The translations under genes were made by a program, and so were the position numbers. A DNA stretch of 63,551 nucleotides, counting the filler, from Octopus bimaculoides (Eukaryota): assembly GCF_001194135.2 (NCBI RefSeq). It is 4 parts of 4 records of this genome, joined end to end, with 100 filler letters (N's around TTAATTAATTAA, not from the genome) between each part and the next. Parts side by side here need not be neighbours in the genome. Positions count along the whole stretch, not along the records: positions 1 to 26,977 come from NC_068982.1; 3 more parts are not named here. One strand, 5' to 3'. Under the pieces are notes generated by a model. That model made no database searches. It was given only the letters and a program-made list of their open reading frames with translations, and was not told the origin of the DNA. This document shows, piece after piece, positions 1 to 12,599 of the stretch. Position 1 is the stretch's first letter. Every line of letters starts with the position of its first letter.

Positions 1-36
<36 letters not shown>

Positions 37-65
37 CACACAACACATCGCATACATATATATAT

Positions 66-497
66 ATGTATATATATACACCATGCTACACAACACATCA
101 CATTACAACACACCACCACGCACACACCAGCACTGACCAATTCCGATCCTTACATTTTCACACCTACACATACACATATGCACACGTCAAGATCACCAGC
201 ATTCTCTTATACACGCTCACCTTCGTTTTGGGATCACTATTACGTTGTTATCCCTCCTTCTTATTAACTCTCCTGTGTGACCCTTCTGTCCGGCATTTGC
301 TATGATAGATCGCTAACCACTACACACATTTTTTTTCTCTCCTTGTTCTCTCCTTGTTTCTTTCTGTGTTCCTTTCTGTGGAAAAGCGTAGGCTCGAAAC
401 GTCAAAGACTTTTTCAATTTCCGAGCGTTATACTAATACATCTATTTGTTTTCTACACCTCCTGTCTTTGTCTGTTGTTTTTTTGTGTGAATTCTCC
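66..497 (+). mobile_element. Penelope-like element (PLE) terminal/pLTR-like fragment containing a degenerate hammerhead motif
   Basis: Contains CTGTGGA..GCTCGAAACGTCAAAG and a downstream CCGAGCG..CTAAT motif shared with copies at about 38.1 kb and 40.9 kb; lies next to (TA)n and a gap. PLE assignment is inferred from the hammerhead architecture. Confidence 0.5.
372..407 (+). ncRNA. Degenerate minimal type-I hammerhead ribozyme (A6 mutated)
   Basis: CTTT-CTGTGGA-A-AAGC-GTAG-GCTC-GAAAC-GTC-AAAG: stem I CUUU/AAAG, 3-bp stem II, GAAAC-GUC. Core reads CUGUGGA instead of CUGANGA. Confidence 0.6.
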
Positions 498-964
498 NNN
501 NNNNNNNNNNNNNNNNNNNNNNNNNNNNNNNNNNNNNNNNNNNNNNNNNNNNNNNNNNNNNNNNNNNNNNNNNNNNNNNNNNNNNNNNNNNNNNNNNNNN
601 NNNNNNNNNNNNNNNNNNNNNNNNNNNNNNNNNNNNNNNNNNNNNNNNNNNNNNNNNNNNNNNNNNNNNNNNNNNNNNNNNNNNNNNNNNNNNNNNNNNN
701 NNNNNNNNNNNNNNNNNNNNNNNNNNNNNNNNNNNNNNNNNNNNNNNNNNNNNNNNNNNNNNNNNNNNNNNNNNNNNNNNNNNNNNNNNNNNNNNNNNNN
801 NNNNNNNNNNNNNNNNNNNNNNNNNNNNNNNNNNNNNNNNNNNNNNNNNNNNNNNNNNNNNNNNNNNNNNNNNNNNNNNNNNNNNNNNNNNNNNNNNNNN
901 NNNTATATATATATATATATATGGATGGAGGTCGAAGAGTTCACATTCCATGCGTACGGAATCT

Positions 965-1145
965 TCAAACGAATACACGTTACTGATTGGTTTAAATTAT
1001 CCAAATACGACAACTTTAACACGAAATAACTTCTAAAATACCAAATTTTGTCAAAAATGTTCAAAGTAAGCCGTGTTCTGTGTGAGACGTTCCACCAGTA
1101 TACAAAGTTTCAAATTGTTTAGTTAAAAAAAAAATTAATTAAAAC
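965..1145. mobile_element. Dispersed repeat, probably DNA-transposon-derived; inverted homologue at about 9650-9830
   Basis: GAATACACGTTACTGATTGGTTTAAATTATCCAAATACGACAACTTTAACACGAAATAACTTC aligns by eye with the reverse complement of 9770-9830. Confidence 0.55.
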
Positions 1146-1361
1146 AATCTGTAAGCCAAACTGAAGAGATCCCTGGACATGGTGTGGAGTTACTGTATTT
1201 ATTAAATAATTGTTTTAAAGAATTTTCAGGAAATAGGTTTTAGTATTACTGTAAATACTAAGCTTAATCGCCCTTAATCTTCTACAAACAGCGTTGAGAA
1301 GGGATAACGATAATTTCATATGAAGCCACAAAATAAGTGAAGAGTTTGTGTTCATAGATAG

Positions 1362-1536
1362 GAAATCGAATCACCAACCTTGAAGATCATGGTCGACAAC
1401 GTTGCTAAACAGATATGCTGGACATCTTCCGATGAAATTGCCTTTGTGGGAGCCGCTGGGTGTTATAATGAAGCACTGAAAAATAGTGGGTCCTCCGAAA
1501 AAAACTTGATATATACAAACAGTGGTAATGAACAAC
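1362..1536 (+). CDS. Candidate internal exon, phase 0 to 1: EIESPTLKIMVDNVAKQICWTSSDEIAFVGAAGCYNEALKNSGSSEKNLIYTNSGNEQ; product unidentified
   Basis: Acceptor ttgtgttcatagatAG at 1360-61, 175 bp open, consensus donor C/GTAAGT at 1537, non-repetitive sequence. No family recognised. Confidence 0.4.
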
Positions 1537-1609
1537 GTAAGTATAGGAAACTTAATCCTATTTTAGTAGGAGGTGGTCATTAAAGACCACACAAACGACT
1601 CCAGAGTTA

Positions 1610-2800
1610 CAACAATCAGTGTTATCACCATCACATCACAACGACTGCGACCTCCATCACTTCCACTGACTCTGTTAATTCACTCAGCAGCTTCGACACC
1701 ATAACGACCACGACCATCACAGAAACCACCTCCATCACCATCATCATCAGCAACTACTCCCTATCGCCTCCCTATCATCACCTTCTACACCATCCTCACT
1801 ATCATCACCCACATCACACCACTATCATCACGATGATGACGACGACCACCACCACTACCATCACCACCACCACCACTACCACCACGATCCCCATCAACAT
1901 TAGCACATCAAGCACTGAAACTACCACAAGCTCTATCACCTTCCAATCCATCATTATTGCATTTAGTAAGTACGGAGGATTCCACCACCACCACCACCAC
2001 CACCACCATTCCACACTGAAACCACATCCATCGCCTTCGACCCCGTCATCACCGCCACCCAAACGAAAAACTGCTGCCAATCCCCATTATCACTGCCACC
2101 ATAACGACGTCAAGACATCACGACTCCCGTACCACTTACCGTAGCCACGCCTAACTTCACCGCCACCGATGCGACTACCACGATCACCATCACCACCGCC
2201 ATCATCGCATTCTTTCGCTCTAGTAAGATTACTTCCTTCCTTTCTTCCTTCCTCCTCCCTCTCGATCACTAATGATTTTTTTCCATCAGCACAATAACCA
2301 CAACAACAAACACCATCTTCAGCATCTCTGCCACCGACACCGTCACCTTCACAACTACAAGCAACACCACCGCCACCACTATCATTCTCGTCCCTTTCTC
2401 TATCGACACAAGAACTCAGCCAACGCCGTTATAACCTCCGTAACCATCACCATCACCACTCACAACCATCACCATCACCCCTCACACCCATCACCCCCGT
2501 CACAAACTCAAAACCATCAATATCACCACTCGCAACAGTCACCATCATCATTACTCCGATACATCACCATCACCATCACCACTCACAACCATCACCATCG
2601 CTGTTCCCCTCACACCCACCGCCATGACCACTCACAGCTATCACCATCACCATCATCACTCACAACCATTTCCATCATCGCTCACAACCATCACTATCAT
2701 CATCACCAGTCACAGCCACCACCATCACCATCATCGCTCACAACCATCAACCATCAACCATCACCATCACCACAACCATTACCACTACCATCACCATCTC
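1610..2800. repeat. Degenerate (CAC/CAT/ACC)n low-complexity tract
   Basis: Visible trinucleotide repeats that produce poly-His/Thr/Val pseudo-ORFs. Confidence 0.9.
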
Positions 2801-3329
2801 TAATGGCGCCTATTGCAAACAGTTTCAATTTTATTTACCAAATAATTTCTTCTTTGCACATTTTCTAATTCAACAAATTTAATACTTTGAATTTTTCCGT
2901 TCTTCAGTTCTTCAGTTCTTCAGTTCTTCATATTCTTCACCCAATCTTCACCGTGTCTTCAACTCCATCTTCGTTACTTTCCATATACGAGCTTAATATA
3001 ATTGGCAAAAACATCTCCATTGTGATTACCAGGATGGGGAGATTTCGTAGCTGGAGGCAGGAAGATATTATTTCGACTTGTTTACGTGTAAGGTGCCAAA
3101 TTATGATGGAGGATAACTGGCGTGATACGCAGTTTTTATTTCACGTTAATTACGTTACATAATTACCGGGGTTCATATTGACACGCAACTCGGGTCTCAC
3201 TGAAATATTAAATTCTTCTTTTAACGTAAAATTTACCGGAAAGTAACAAACTGTTTGTATATTTGTTTCACTTATTTATTTTATTTTTCTATAGACTTTA
3301 TTCTAAAGATTAATTTTTTCATTCTTCAT

Positions 3330-3346
3330 TTCTTTCTTTCTTTCAT

Positions 3347-3394
<48 letters not shown>

Positions 3395-3657
3395 TCGTCC
3401 ATGTCTCTTACGTTCCATGTACATTAACACTACACATAACCACATACGCATATGATTTATACATCTGTATGTGTAAGTGTGTGTTTATGTATATATATAT
3501 ACACAAACACATTACATACACATACACACACATCTGTCCCTCTCTCTCTCTATCCATCCATCCATCTATCTATCCATTCATCCATGCATCCATATATTCA
3601 CATACATACATACATACATACATGCATGCATACATACATACACACACACACACATAC

Positions 3658-3703
<46 letters not shown>

Positions 3704-4365
3704 NNNNNNNNNNNNNNNNNNNNNNNNNNNNNNNNNNNNNNNNNNNNNNNNNNNNNNNNNNNNNNNNNNNNNNNNNNNNNNNNNNNNNNNNNNNNNNNNN
3801 NNNNNNNNNNNNNNNNNNNNNNNNNNNNNNNNNNNNNNNNNNNNNNNNNNNNNNNNNNNNNNNNNNNNNNNNNNNNNNNNNNNNNNNNNNNNNNNNNNNN
3901 NNNNNNNNNNNNNNNNNNNNNNNNNNNNNNNNNNNNNNNNNNNNNNNNNNNNNNNNNNNNNNNNNNNNNNNNNNNNNNNNNNNNNNNNNNNNNNNNNNNN
4001 NNNNNNNNNNNNNNNNNNNNNNNNNNNNNNNNNNNNNNNNNNNNNNNNNNNNNNNNNNNNNNNNNNNNNNNNNNNNNNNNNNNNNNNNNNNNNNNNNNNN
4101 NNNNNNNNNNNNNNNNNNNNNNNNNNNNNNNNNNNNNNNNNNNNNNNNNNNNNNNNNNNNNNNNNNNNNNNNNNNNNNNNNNNNNNNNNNNNNNNNNNNN
4201 NNNNNNNNNNNNNNNNNNNNNNNNNNNNNNNNNNNNNNNNNNNNNNNNNNNNNNNNNNNNNNNNNNNNNNNNNNNNNNNNNNNNNNNNNNNNNNNNNNNN
4301 NNNNNNNNNNNNNNNNNNNNNNNNNNNNNNNNNNNNNNNNNNNNNNNNNNNNNNNNNNNNNNNNN

Positions 4366-4417
<52 letters not shown>

Positions 4418-4440
4418 CACACATACATACATATCTAATT
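3330..4440. repeat. Compound microsatellites (TTTC, CATC, CATA, CA, TA)n with an N gap
   Basis: Directly visible. Confidence 0.95.
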
Positions 4441-4969
4441 AGATATAATATGTAAATAGACATAGTTTACTTCCACCCATATGTGTGTGTATGTATGCTT
4501 ACACATGTATATTGGTGTATGATGCGATTTGAGAAATGCTTGATTAAAATAGTGTGTGAATGTTTTCGGTGGTATCGGTGTGTATTCGGTGGTATCGGTT
4601 TTTGTTTGTGTCTATGTTTATGTGTGTAAATAAACACGTGATTTGTGTTTTGCAGATGTTAAAAATCTAATTTCATTTTTTTCTTCCGAGTTTATTTATA
4701 AGAAGATAAAATATCAAACTAACGTTATATTAATCTTTATCAATATAATTGTACCTCCAAAGAAAATTACAGCTGGAGCGAAACAACGACGGACGTTCTG
4801 CATGGTCATTCGAACTATTAGAAATAGCAGCCAAATATCGCCAAAAATCAATATGTTTAAAGTATACGTGGTAGTGTCTCGCAGTCTTAGGAAAACAGTT
4901 TTGTAATTTCTTGCTGTAAAAGCTTATGAGATGATTTGTCTATAGTAATCTAATGTTTGTGTTGTACAT

Positions 4970-5400
4970 TAGCTCCCCGCTCCATCAAATTGATGGTATC
5001 GGAACGTCGATTTGATGGTGTGCCTGAACAAGTCGATTTACATTGGTGTACCAGTCGTGATAAGTCGAAATGATTGCAGAGCGATGTGAGAGGTGATTTT
5101 CTCAAGAACACAACGCACTACCCGATCCAGGAAATGAAACCATTCTTTTGAGATCTTCAGTGCAACATCAGAACCACCAGGTCATGAGTTCCCGACTATT
5201 AAAAAATAATAGGAAAAGTATTTTAATTAATGTATTCGTCTAAATGTGCATGGTGTAGTGGTTTCGGCGCTCGACTCACGATCATAATATGGCGGTTCAA
5301 TTCATTGGACAGTGTGTGTTGTGTCTCTCGGTAAGGCACCTTGCTCCACGTTGCTCCAGTTTATTCAGCAAAAATGAGTCCGACCCGAGTGCTGGTACAA
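4970..5400. mobile_element. Two degenerate SINE-like fragments (minus about 4970-5180; plus about 5245-5400)
   Basis: 5245-5400 has a tRNA-like A box and GGTTCAATTC B box plus ACGTTGCTCCAG..CAAAAATGAGT, as in the 54.9-55.1 kb copy; 4970-5180 resembles 39080-39260 and 51290-51540. Confidence 0.5.
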
Positions 5401-6434
5401 TTATCTATCTCTCCCTTTTTGTCTCTCTCTCTCTATTTCTCTCCCTTTCTCCAGAGGTCCCATCCAAGATATGCCACTGGATAAAAATGTGGGAAAATCG
5501 AGCTGTATATTTATAGACAACTATAAAAAAGAGAGAAAAAAACCATGAAAGCAAACTCGCTTATTCTTATAAAAAAACCCATCTGGACTGGCCACCATTT
5601 TTGATAATTAATCTGGTCAATTTGGGAACAAAGAAAAAACAGCGAGCGGTTGAACAAAAACCTGAGATTGAAGAACATTGCTAAAAATAATGAATAATTT
5701 AACAAAAACTAAATAGTAACAAAAACTAAATAACTAAATATAAAAACGAAATTTGCAGCAGCAATGGATTTACTAGAATCCGTAATGTTTTGGATAAAAT
5801 GCTTTGTGAATATTTCATCTTGGCACTTCTGCAAGTGAAATCGAAACCTATTTTATTTTATTATATTTTGTTTTTACCTCTGACTCCAATAAAAGAAGTA
5901 ATAGTGAAATAATAGGAATCATTTAATCGTTTAATCCCTAATTCCGACAAATTTGAATCTATTTATCGATGATAGAAATCAATATCTTTGTATTTGAAAA
6001 AGCTGTAGGTAGCCAGCAAGATGAACATAATACTCTCTGCTATAAGCTCAAAGCATGGATATATTAGAGACGAACGTCTTTGCGATATCATTGAATCCAA
6101 TGCTAAACTGGTCTTTCTTTTATCGATGCCGAGATGATGAGAGGGAAAGCTGACCTAGGGTGAATTTGAACCGAGAACAGAAAACTAGAACAAAGGCCCC
6201 TAAGCTACTTGTCCAGTGTCAATGGTCCCGCCAACACACCGACTTAGGGAGATAAATGTAATGGCATATATGTGCAAACATTCAACGAACCTTCCCAACA
6301 GATCTCTCTCTCCTCCCGCCGCCTAGTTGGAGAAGTATGCTTGTTGTTTAGTTTCAGGTCAGTTGTGATCAAGAAGGCCAATGATCAGCGTGTTGCATTC
6401 ATAGATATCTTCTTTAATTTCTTGACGATATATC

Positions 6435-6636
6435 ATTTCTACGCTAGGTACAAGGCCCGGAATTTTGGGGGAGAGGGCCAATCGATTAGATACCCAGTAC
6501 GCAACTGGTATTTAATTCATCGACCCCGAAAGGATGAACGGCAAAGTCGACCTCGGCGGAATTTGAACTCACACAGACGAAATACCGCTAAGCATTTCGC
6601 CGTCGTGGTAACGCTTCTGCCAGCTCACCGCCTTAT
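6435..6636 (-). mobile_element. tRNA-derived SINE, family A
   Basis: Reverse strand reads AAGGCGGTGAGCTGGCAGAAGCG..GAGTTCAAATTCCGCCGAGGTCGACTTTGCC..CATCCTTTCGGGGTCGAT, with Pol III A/B boxes. Many further copies: about 8590-8800, 9335-9550, 11820-12050, 20050-20270, 21140-21350, 30740-30920, 34130-34450, 36840-37100, 39620-39850, 40013-40250, 43720-43940. Confidence 0.85.
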
Positions 6637-8436
6637 CTTGACGATATATCGAGGACTATATTACTAAAGGTTTGCTTGCTGTATGTTTTTTTTAAAGATG
6701 ATATAGTGGTATTTGAGAGGAGCATATCACATGTTTCTTTCTTGACGAATGATCTACTATTCATCATCGGTATCTCGTAATACTTGGTAAGGTATGATTT
6801 TTAAGCAGCATATTGTATAAATTTACAATTCTGCTTCTCATTCTCTGTATAAAATGTTAATTAGAAGAAAGCAGGAGTTTTTCACTTGAATATTGATTAT
6901 TGCAAAGTGGCTTCTGATCAACATAAAGAGACCAAATGCTTGCATGATGTTACGTTTCTTTAATGTATGTGTCAAAAATCATATGAGAATTTATTTATGC
7001 TGTATGAACCAGATCATAACATCCATTCCGAAGTGTTTATGATTAGGGAGTATGTACCAGGCTTCACTAATTGGTTTAACCGCAGGATGTGTTTATGGGA
7101 GCTGCCGGCAGACATAGACAGTTTCGGCACTCGCATCACTTGACTCAGTTAAACATTGACAGTGTAACAGCTGTAATGAGAGATGGTTTGTGATCGAATT
7201 GGTCTCGGACTCAATTTCAAATGAGAAGCAGGAAGCAAAGTGAAATCAAATGCCTTGCTTAGAGATACAACGCGTCATCCTCTCCAGAAATCGAGCCTAT
7301 GATCTTCTGATTGTGAGATGAAAACCCTTAACCACCAGGTCAAACGCCTTTACAATGAAAACTTCTGTCTAAAAAGTGCACCTGGCATGAGAATGTACAT
7401 GTTTATTACATGCGTCCAACGTTTTAAACGCCCAAAACCTTCCGGTCCCGGCGTATGCTGTGAAACAGTGATGAATCAGGTTTCCACCATGCCACGTGAT
7501 GTTTGTGGTTCAAAATAGCTGGGGTCAGTTTTTAGGAAAGAATTTACTGAAAAGAAAATACGTAAGAAGTTCGTCAGGTATCTCCTTAAAGTAAGATGTT
7601 TTTAGTTGGTGTTTGTAATTTCGAATTCACCTAGTTTAACATTTTGTCATTATTTATAAAATGCACATTAGAGTATCCATAAAATGCAGATAGTTTTTTT
7701 TTTATAACTTCTTTTTCTGTTCAGTAATAGTCTCTCATTATGAATTAGAAAGAAGAACTCATATTTTTAAAGAAAAACAAATTATATTCATTCTATTTTT
7801 TTAAAATAGTATTTTGGTAATTTGCATTGCAATATTAAGTAGACAATTAGGAGAGAATTTAAATTCTGTTTGGAAACAATAAAAGATAATGCAATGATGA
7901 AAGACAATCTGATGATAACATAATATAAATATAAAAACGTTGAATATTAATATATTCATGTTTTTATATTTTCCTGGATAAGATTGAGGACAATATTGTG
8001 TGTGTGTTTGTGTGTGTGGCGTCAATATATTTCAGTTGAAACTCGTGTTTCGTTTCTGCTTTAATTTCCTGTGTCTTATTTTAGTAAAATATCTGGAAAT
8101 ATTTTCCATCTTGATTCGTTGTCCTGTTTTTGTCGTTACTCGTTGCTGTTGTTCAGATCAGTCACAATAATTCAGGCAGATCTCTGATGAAAACCTCACA
8201 ACTATGACCTTATATTTTCTATAATATCATTCACATATCGTATATCGACAACTATCTAATCCATTGCGGCCATCATTTTATGGATTCTACTTACTTTCAT
8301 TTTAACAAATGCGTTCCTGAACAATGACTTCATGCATTATTTACATCTCGAAGAGCATTTCAATGGTTTAATTCTGACTGACATTTGTTCCGAATATACA
8401 AATGTCAGACAGCATTTTGTGATCTTGAAATTTCAG

Positions 8437-8529
8437 CATTTCACCCCATACACCAGCTCTGGAAGATTCTGATCACTGAATTCCTAAAGCTTGTATCAAG
8501 GGAGTTGGCTTCGAAGTCAGAAATACTTC
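8437..8529 (+). CDS. Candidate symmetric phase-1 exon: FHPIHQLWKILITEFLKLVSRELASKSEIL; product unidentified
   Basis: Acceptor tttCAG at 8434-36, 93 bp, only one reading frame open, donor C/GTAAGA at 8530. Confidence 0.35.
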
Positions 8530-9599
8530 GTAAGAGAATATTAAATGTAGCTTTTCAAGCACAGTATTATTATTTTAGAAAGATTTTTAAGACGGCGAGA
8601 TGGCAGATTTTTTAGCAAAACGGCCAAAAATACTTACCAGCAGTTCGTCAGTCTTTTCTTTCTAAGTTCAAATTCCGCAGACGTCGACATCGCCTTCCAG
8701 GGTCAAGAAAATAGATACCAGTTGAGCGCTGGGGTCGATGTAATCAGTTTGCCCACATCCCGGAGTTGCTGGCCTTGTGCAAAAATTCGAAATCGTTATT
8801 TTCGAGAGAGATTTATTGTTTGTTTTTTTTCTAGCATGTCACGCTAGACCAATTGGTTTGCTACAATCATTTATATTGCTTTCTTAAGTCAGAAACTACT
8901 ATATTGGTGTGTTATGTAATAAACTATAAATATTGTTTTATTACGGTAATTCATCTCGTGGTTAATAGGTTCAGTAAAGGTATATAGGTATGCTACAATT
9001 TAATGCAATCTTTTTTTTGATATTTTCTATGAAGGGGAAAGTTTTATCAAACAATTGACAGGCGGACAGAAAAATAAAAGTAATTTTATAATGCTGTTAC
9101 ATCACCGAATATATAAGATATTGTACATCTATCTGTAATAAAATACTAATTTTTATGTATTCTGATACAAGATAGCGTGTTACTTTAAAAAAATAACACA
9201 CTTGCGGGTATTTTATTCTAAATTATAGGAAGTATAAATGTCAACGAGCTAGTATATAATCAAGCTTCTATGGTTAGTATAGATGACTTATGGGCATTTA
9301 GCAAATTCTGTCGATTGGTTAGACTATAACAAAACACTGAGCTGGTAGAATCGGTAGCTCGTCGGACAGTATATTTAATGGCATTTTGTCTGTCTTTATG
9401 TTCTGATTTCAAATTCTGCTAAGATCGATTTTGCTTTTCATCCTGTTGCGGTCTATAAAATAAGTATCAGATGAAAACTGGGGTCGATGTGATCGATTGA
9501 ACCGCTCACACGAAACTGCTGTCCTTGTGCCAAAATTTGAAACCAGCATTATGGTGGAGTTTTCATAAAGATAGTAAATTTTCGATGAGTCGATAGAAT

Positions 9600-9990
9600 C
9601 ATTAGAGCAGTTCCTGAGAAAGTAAGCACTATCGGGATGTTTTCCTTTTGATCGGATGGTCGATAAATTAATTTTCTTTACTAAATACTTTCAAACTTCG
9701 GAAACTGGTAGAATGTGTCATATGGAACATCTTTTACTCTTAGCGTTGTTGAGAAAAGATTGTATTTTCGAAGTTATTTCGTTTTAAAGTTGTCGTATTT
9801 CGGTAATTTCAACAAATCAATGACGTGTATTCAGCTGAATGAAGTTACAGCTGTTGTTTGTCAACAACAACTATCGACGGTGTATATTTCGTTTTTCACT
9901 GTTATTTATGACATATTTCATCTCAGTTACGTTTGTATGAATAAACGAGTATATCTGAAGCACGTTTACTTCACGACACCACCATAATCG
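9600..9990. mobile_element. DNA-transposon-like repeat, homologous to 965-1145
   Basis: Inverted match to 965-1145 by eye; superfamily not established. Confidence 0.45.
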
Positions 9991-10220
9991 TTCGGGCATT
10001 TCTACTGCTTTTAGGTTTTCTTTCTTGTTTTTCAGCTACTATTTTCGGAAAGACTTCCTCCTGTCCCCCCATTTTCTAGCGGGGTTTGAGCTACTCTTGT
10101 ATGTTCGAGGCAACAATTACAGGTCACGTTAGTCGACACTCAGGGGAATATTACTTCAATTGAAGAACAACAAAAACAGGTACTACACGCCTCTGTGTGT
10201 ATAGTCGTCAGAAATGACAA

Positions 10221-10649
10221 GGCGGCGAACTGACAGAAACGTAAGCACACCGGGCGAAATAGTGGTATTTCGTCTGCCGCTACGTTCTGAGTTCAAATTC
10301 CGCCGAGGTCGACTTTGACTTTCAGCCTTTTGGGGTCGATTAAATAAGTATCAGTTACGCACTGGGGTCGATATAATCGACTTAATCCCTTTGTCTGTCC
10401 TTGTTTGTACCCTCTGTGTTTACCCCTTCTGGGCAGTAAAGAAATAAGAAACGTTATCAAGGCGGCGAGCTGACAGAAACGTTACGTTCTGAGTTCAAAT
10501 TCCGCTGAGGTCGGCTTTGCCTTTCATCATTTCGGGGTCGACAAATAAAGTACCAGTTACGTACTGGGGTCAATGTAATCGACTTAGTCAGCTTGTCTGT
10601 TCTTGTTTGTTTCCTCTATGTTTAACCCCTTGTTGGCAATAAAGAAATA
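10221..10649 (+). mobile_element. Head-to-tail dimer of SINE family A (long-tail variant) with an 11-bp TSD
   Basis: Two GGCGGCGA.CTGACAGAAACG heads (10221, 10461), two TGTCTGT.CTTGTTTGT..AAAGAAATAA tails; AGAAATGACAA at 10210-10220 and 10650-10660. Confidence 0.85.
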
Positions 10650-10949
10650 AGAAATGACAACGAGGTACAACAGGTTTAGGACAAGCAACAGGTACATTTG
10701 CAGGCGAAGTAATCAACTTGTCAATGTACTTGTGTCTCGGGTCCTGAAGCAGCGAAAGCCGAGGGCCAAGGTTAAAGAAATTGGTAACGACATTAATTCT
10801 TGATAAGCTACCACTTACATGGAACATTATGTAGAGGTTCTAAACTCAGAAAGAATACGAGTTTAGTGGAGATATTCTTTTCCTAACCACGAAAACCCGA
10901 AGACAGTCCCAGAATCATTCCCGATTATGTTAGAAAACACAGCAGCCTC

Positions 10950-11356
10950 ATTCTTTTCTACTCTAAGCATAAGGCCCAACATTTTTGGGCAGAAGGCCAG
11001 TTGAGTAGATGGACCCCAGTACTTAATTTATCGACTCCGAAAGGATGAAAGGCAAAGTCGACCTCGGCGGAATTTGAACTCAGAACGTAAAGACAGACGG
11101 AATACCGCTAAGCATTTCGCCCGGCGTGCTAACGTTTCTTATTTCTTTACTACCCACAAGAGGCTACACACAGTGGGAGCAACAAGGACAGACACAAAGA
11201 TTAAGTCGATTAAATCGACCCCAGTGCGTAACTGCTACTTATTTAATCGACTCCGAAAGGATGAAAGGCAACGTCGACCTCGGCAGAATTTGAACTCAGA
11301 ATGTAAAGACAGACGAAATACCACAAAGAATTTCGCCCTAATGTTTCTTATTTCTT
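10950..11356 (-). mobile_element. Fused tandem SINE family A array on the minus strand
   Basis: Two B-box/core units (about 11040-11085 and 11245-11300) joined through TAACGTTTCTTATTTCTTT at 11130-11148; another tail remnant at 11340-11356. Confidence 0.8.
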
Positions 11357-11403
11357 TCTCAGCTGTCCACAGCCAGCAGACCAAGGTGACACTTGTTTAC
11401 TGG

Positions 11404-11601
11404 TCATGCTTTACGAACCCTGCGAAAAATTCTTGCAGCTCCAAGCAATGCTGATTTTTGTAGGTGTTCTACCTTCACACTTGCACCAATCTTTTTCAGC
11501 CATGTTAGTAGTTGAGTGCTGATACTTCCAAGTGCACCATTTACTATGGGTATCACGTCTACTCTCTTCATTGACCACAATCTTCGTATTTCCCACTTCA
11601 A
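11404..11601 (-). mobile_element. R4/Dong-type LINE, C-terminal restriction-like endonuclease fragment
   Basis: KWEIRRLWSMKRVDVIPIVNGALGSISTQLLTWLKKIG..LQKSALLGAARIFRRV matches the EI.RLW..V.PIV.GALG..LQK.ALLG.ARI.R pattern of R4/Dong ORF ends. Confidence 0.8.
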
Positions 11602-11731
11602 ATCGTCATAGTTGTTTATTTTTTTATTTTTTCACATTTTTATTCACCACAATAATGTCCGGTTTCCGATGTCTGGTCAGGTGATCACAATGGATCATTG
11701 CATCCCATAGGATTTTGCAATTCTCATTTTT

Positions 11732-11773
<42 letters not shown>

Positions 11774-12599
11774 CACTACTACTACTACTACTACTACTGC
11801 TACTACTACTACTATTATTGGGGCAGTGAGCTGGTAGAGTCGTTAGCACGTCGGACAATGTGCCTTTCGGCATTTCTTCCGGTTAATTATATCCTGAGTG
11901 TAAATTTTCTCAAGATCAAACTGGATTTTCATCTCTTTGGGATCGATAAAATAAAATACCAGTCATGTACCAGGCGTCGATGTTATCGACTTGCCTTCTT
12001 CCTCTAAAATTAAATGCCCCGTTCCCAAACTTTAAAAATAGTTATTGCTGTGTGCTTTGTTGATGAACCCATCAGCAATTGAGAGTGTTGGTCAGATTTA
12101 ATTATCCTTTCTTAAGGGATACCATTTGTTTCTTATTAATTGCTTCGATAATCTTTTTGAAATTTTAAAGAACATGAACAATATGGTGCCAAAATGTCGT
12201 GGAAACAGCTGACGAAGCGGTGGCGTTAGTGAGTGTGACGGCGCTGGTGTGCTGTTGGGGCAGAACCACGATAACAATTGCCATCGGCTTCATTTCTCTG
12301 CAAACATACACACACACAAACACACGCACACACATACATACAGAAACACAAAGACTCACATACACACACACACACACACATCACCGCCGTCATCACTATC
12401 ACTGTCATCACCATCACCGCCGTTATCACCGTAATATGGACAGCGATGAAACTTCTGCCATGTTTTCCTTCGGTAAACCGTGATTCGAAATTTAAAATAA
12501 TAAACAATATGGCGTCCATATTTTGGTAGCTGAAGGCACGTAGAGGTGTCAGTTGTTGTTGGTGGTGGTGGCGAAGAGGCGAACACGAGTAACTACACA

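Noticed and set aside
7570-7583. 14-nt identity (TTCGTCAGGTATCT) with the 59.3-kb hammerhead
   Set aside because: No stem II or GAAAC partner nearby; probably chance.
10219-11356. Regularly spaced repeats that could suggest a CRISPR array
   Set aside because: Units are SINEs of about 200 nt without unique spacers; eukaryotic context and no cas genes.
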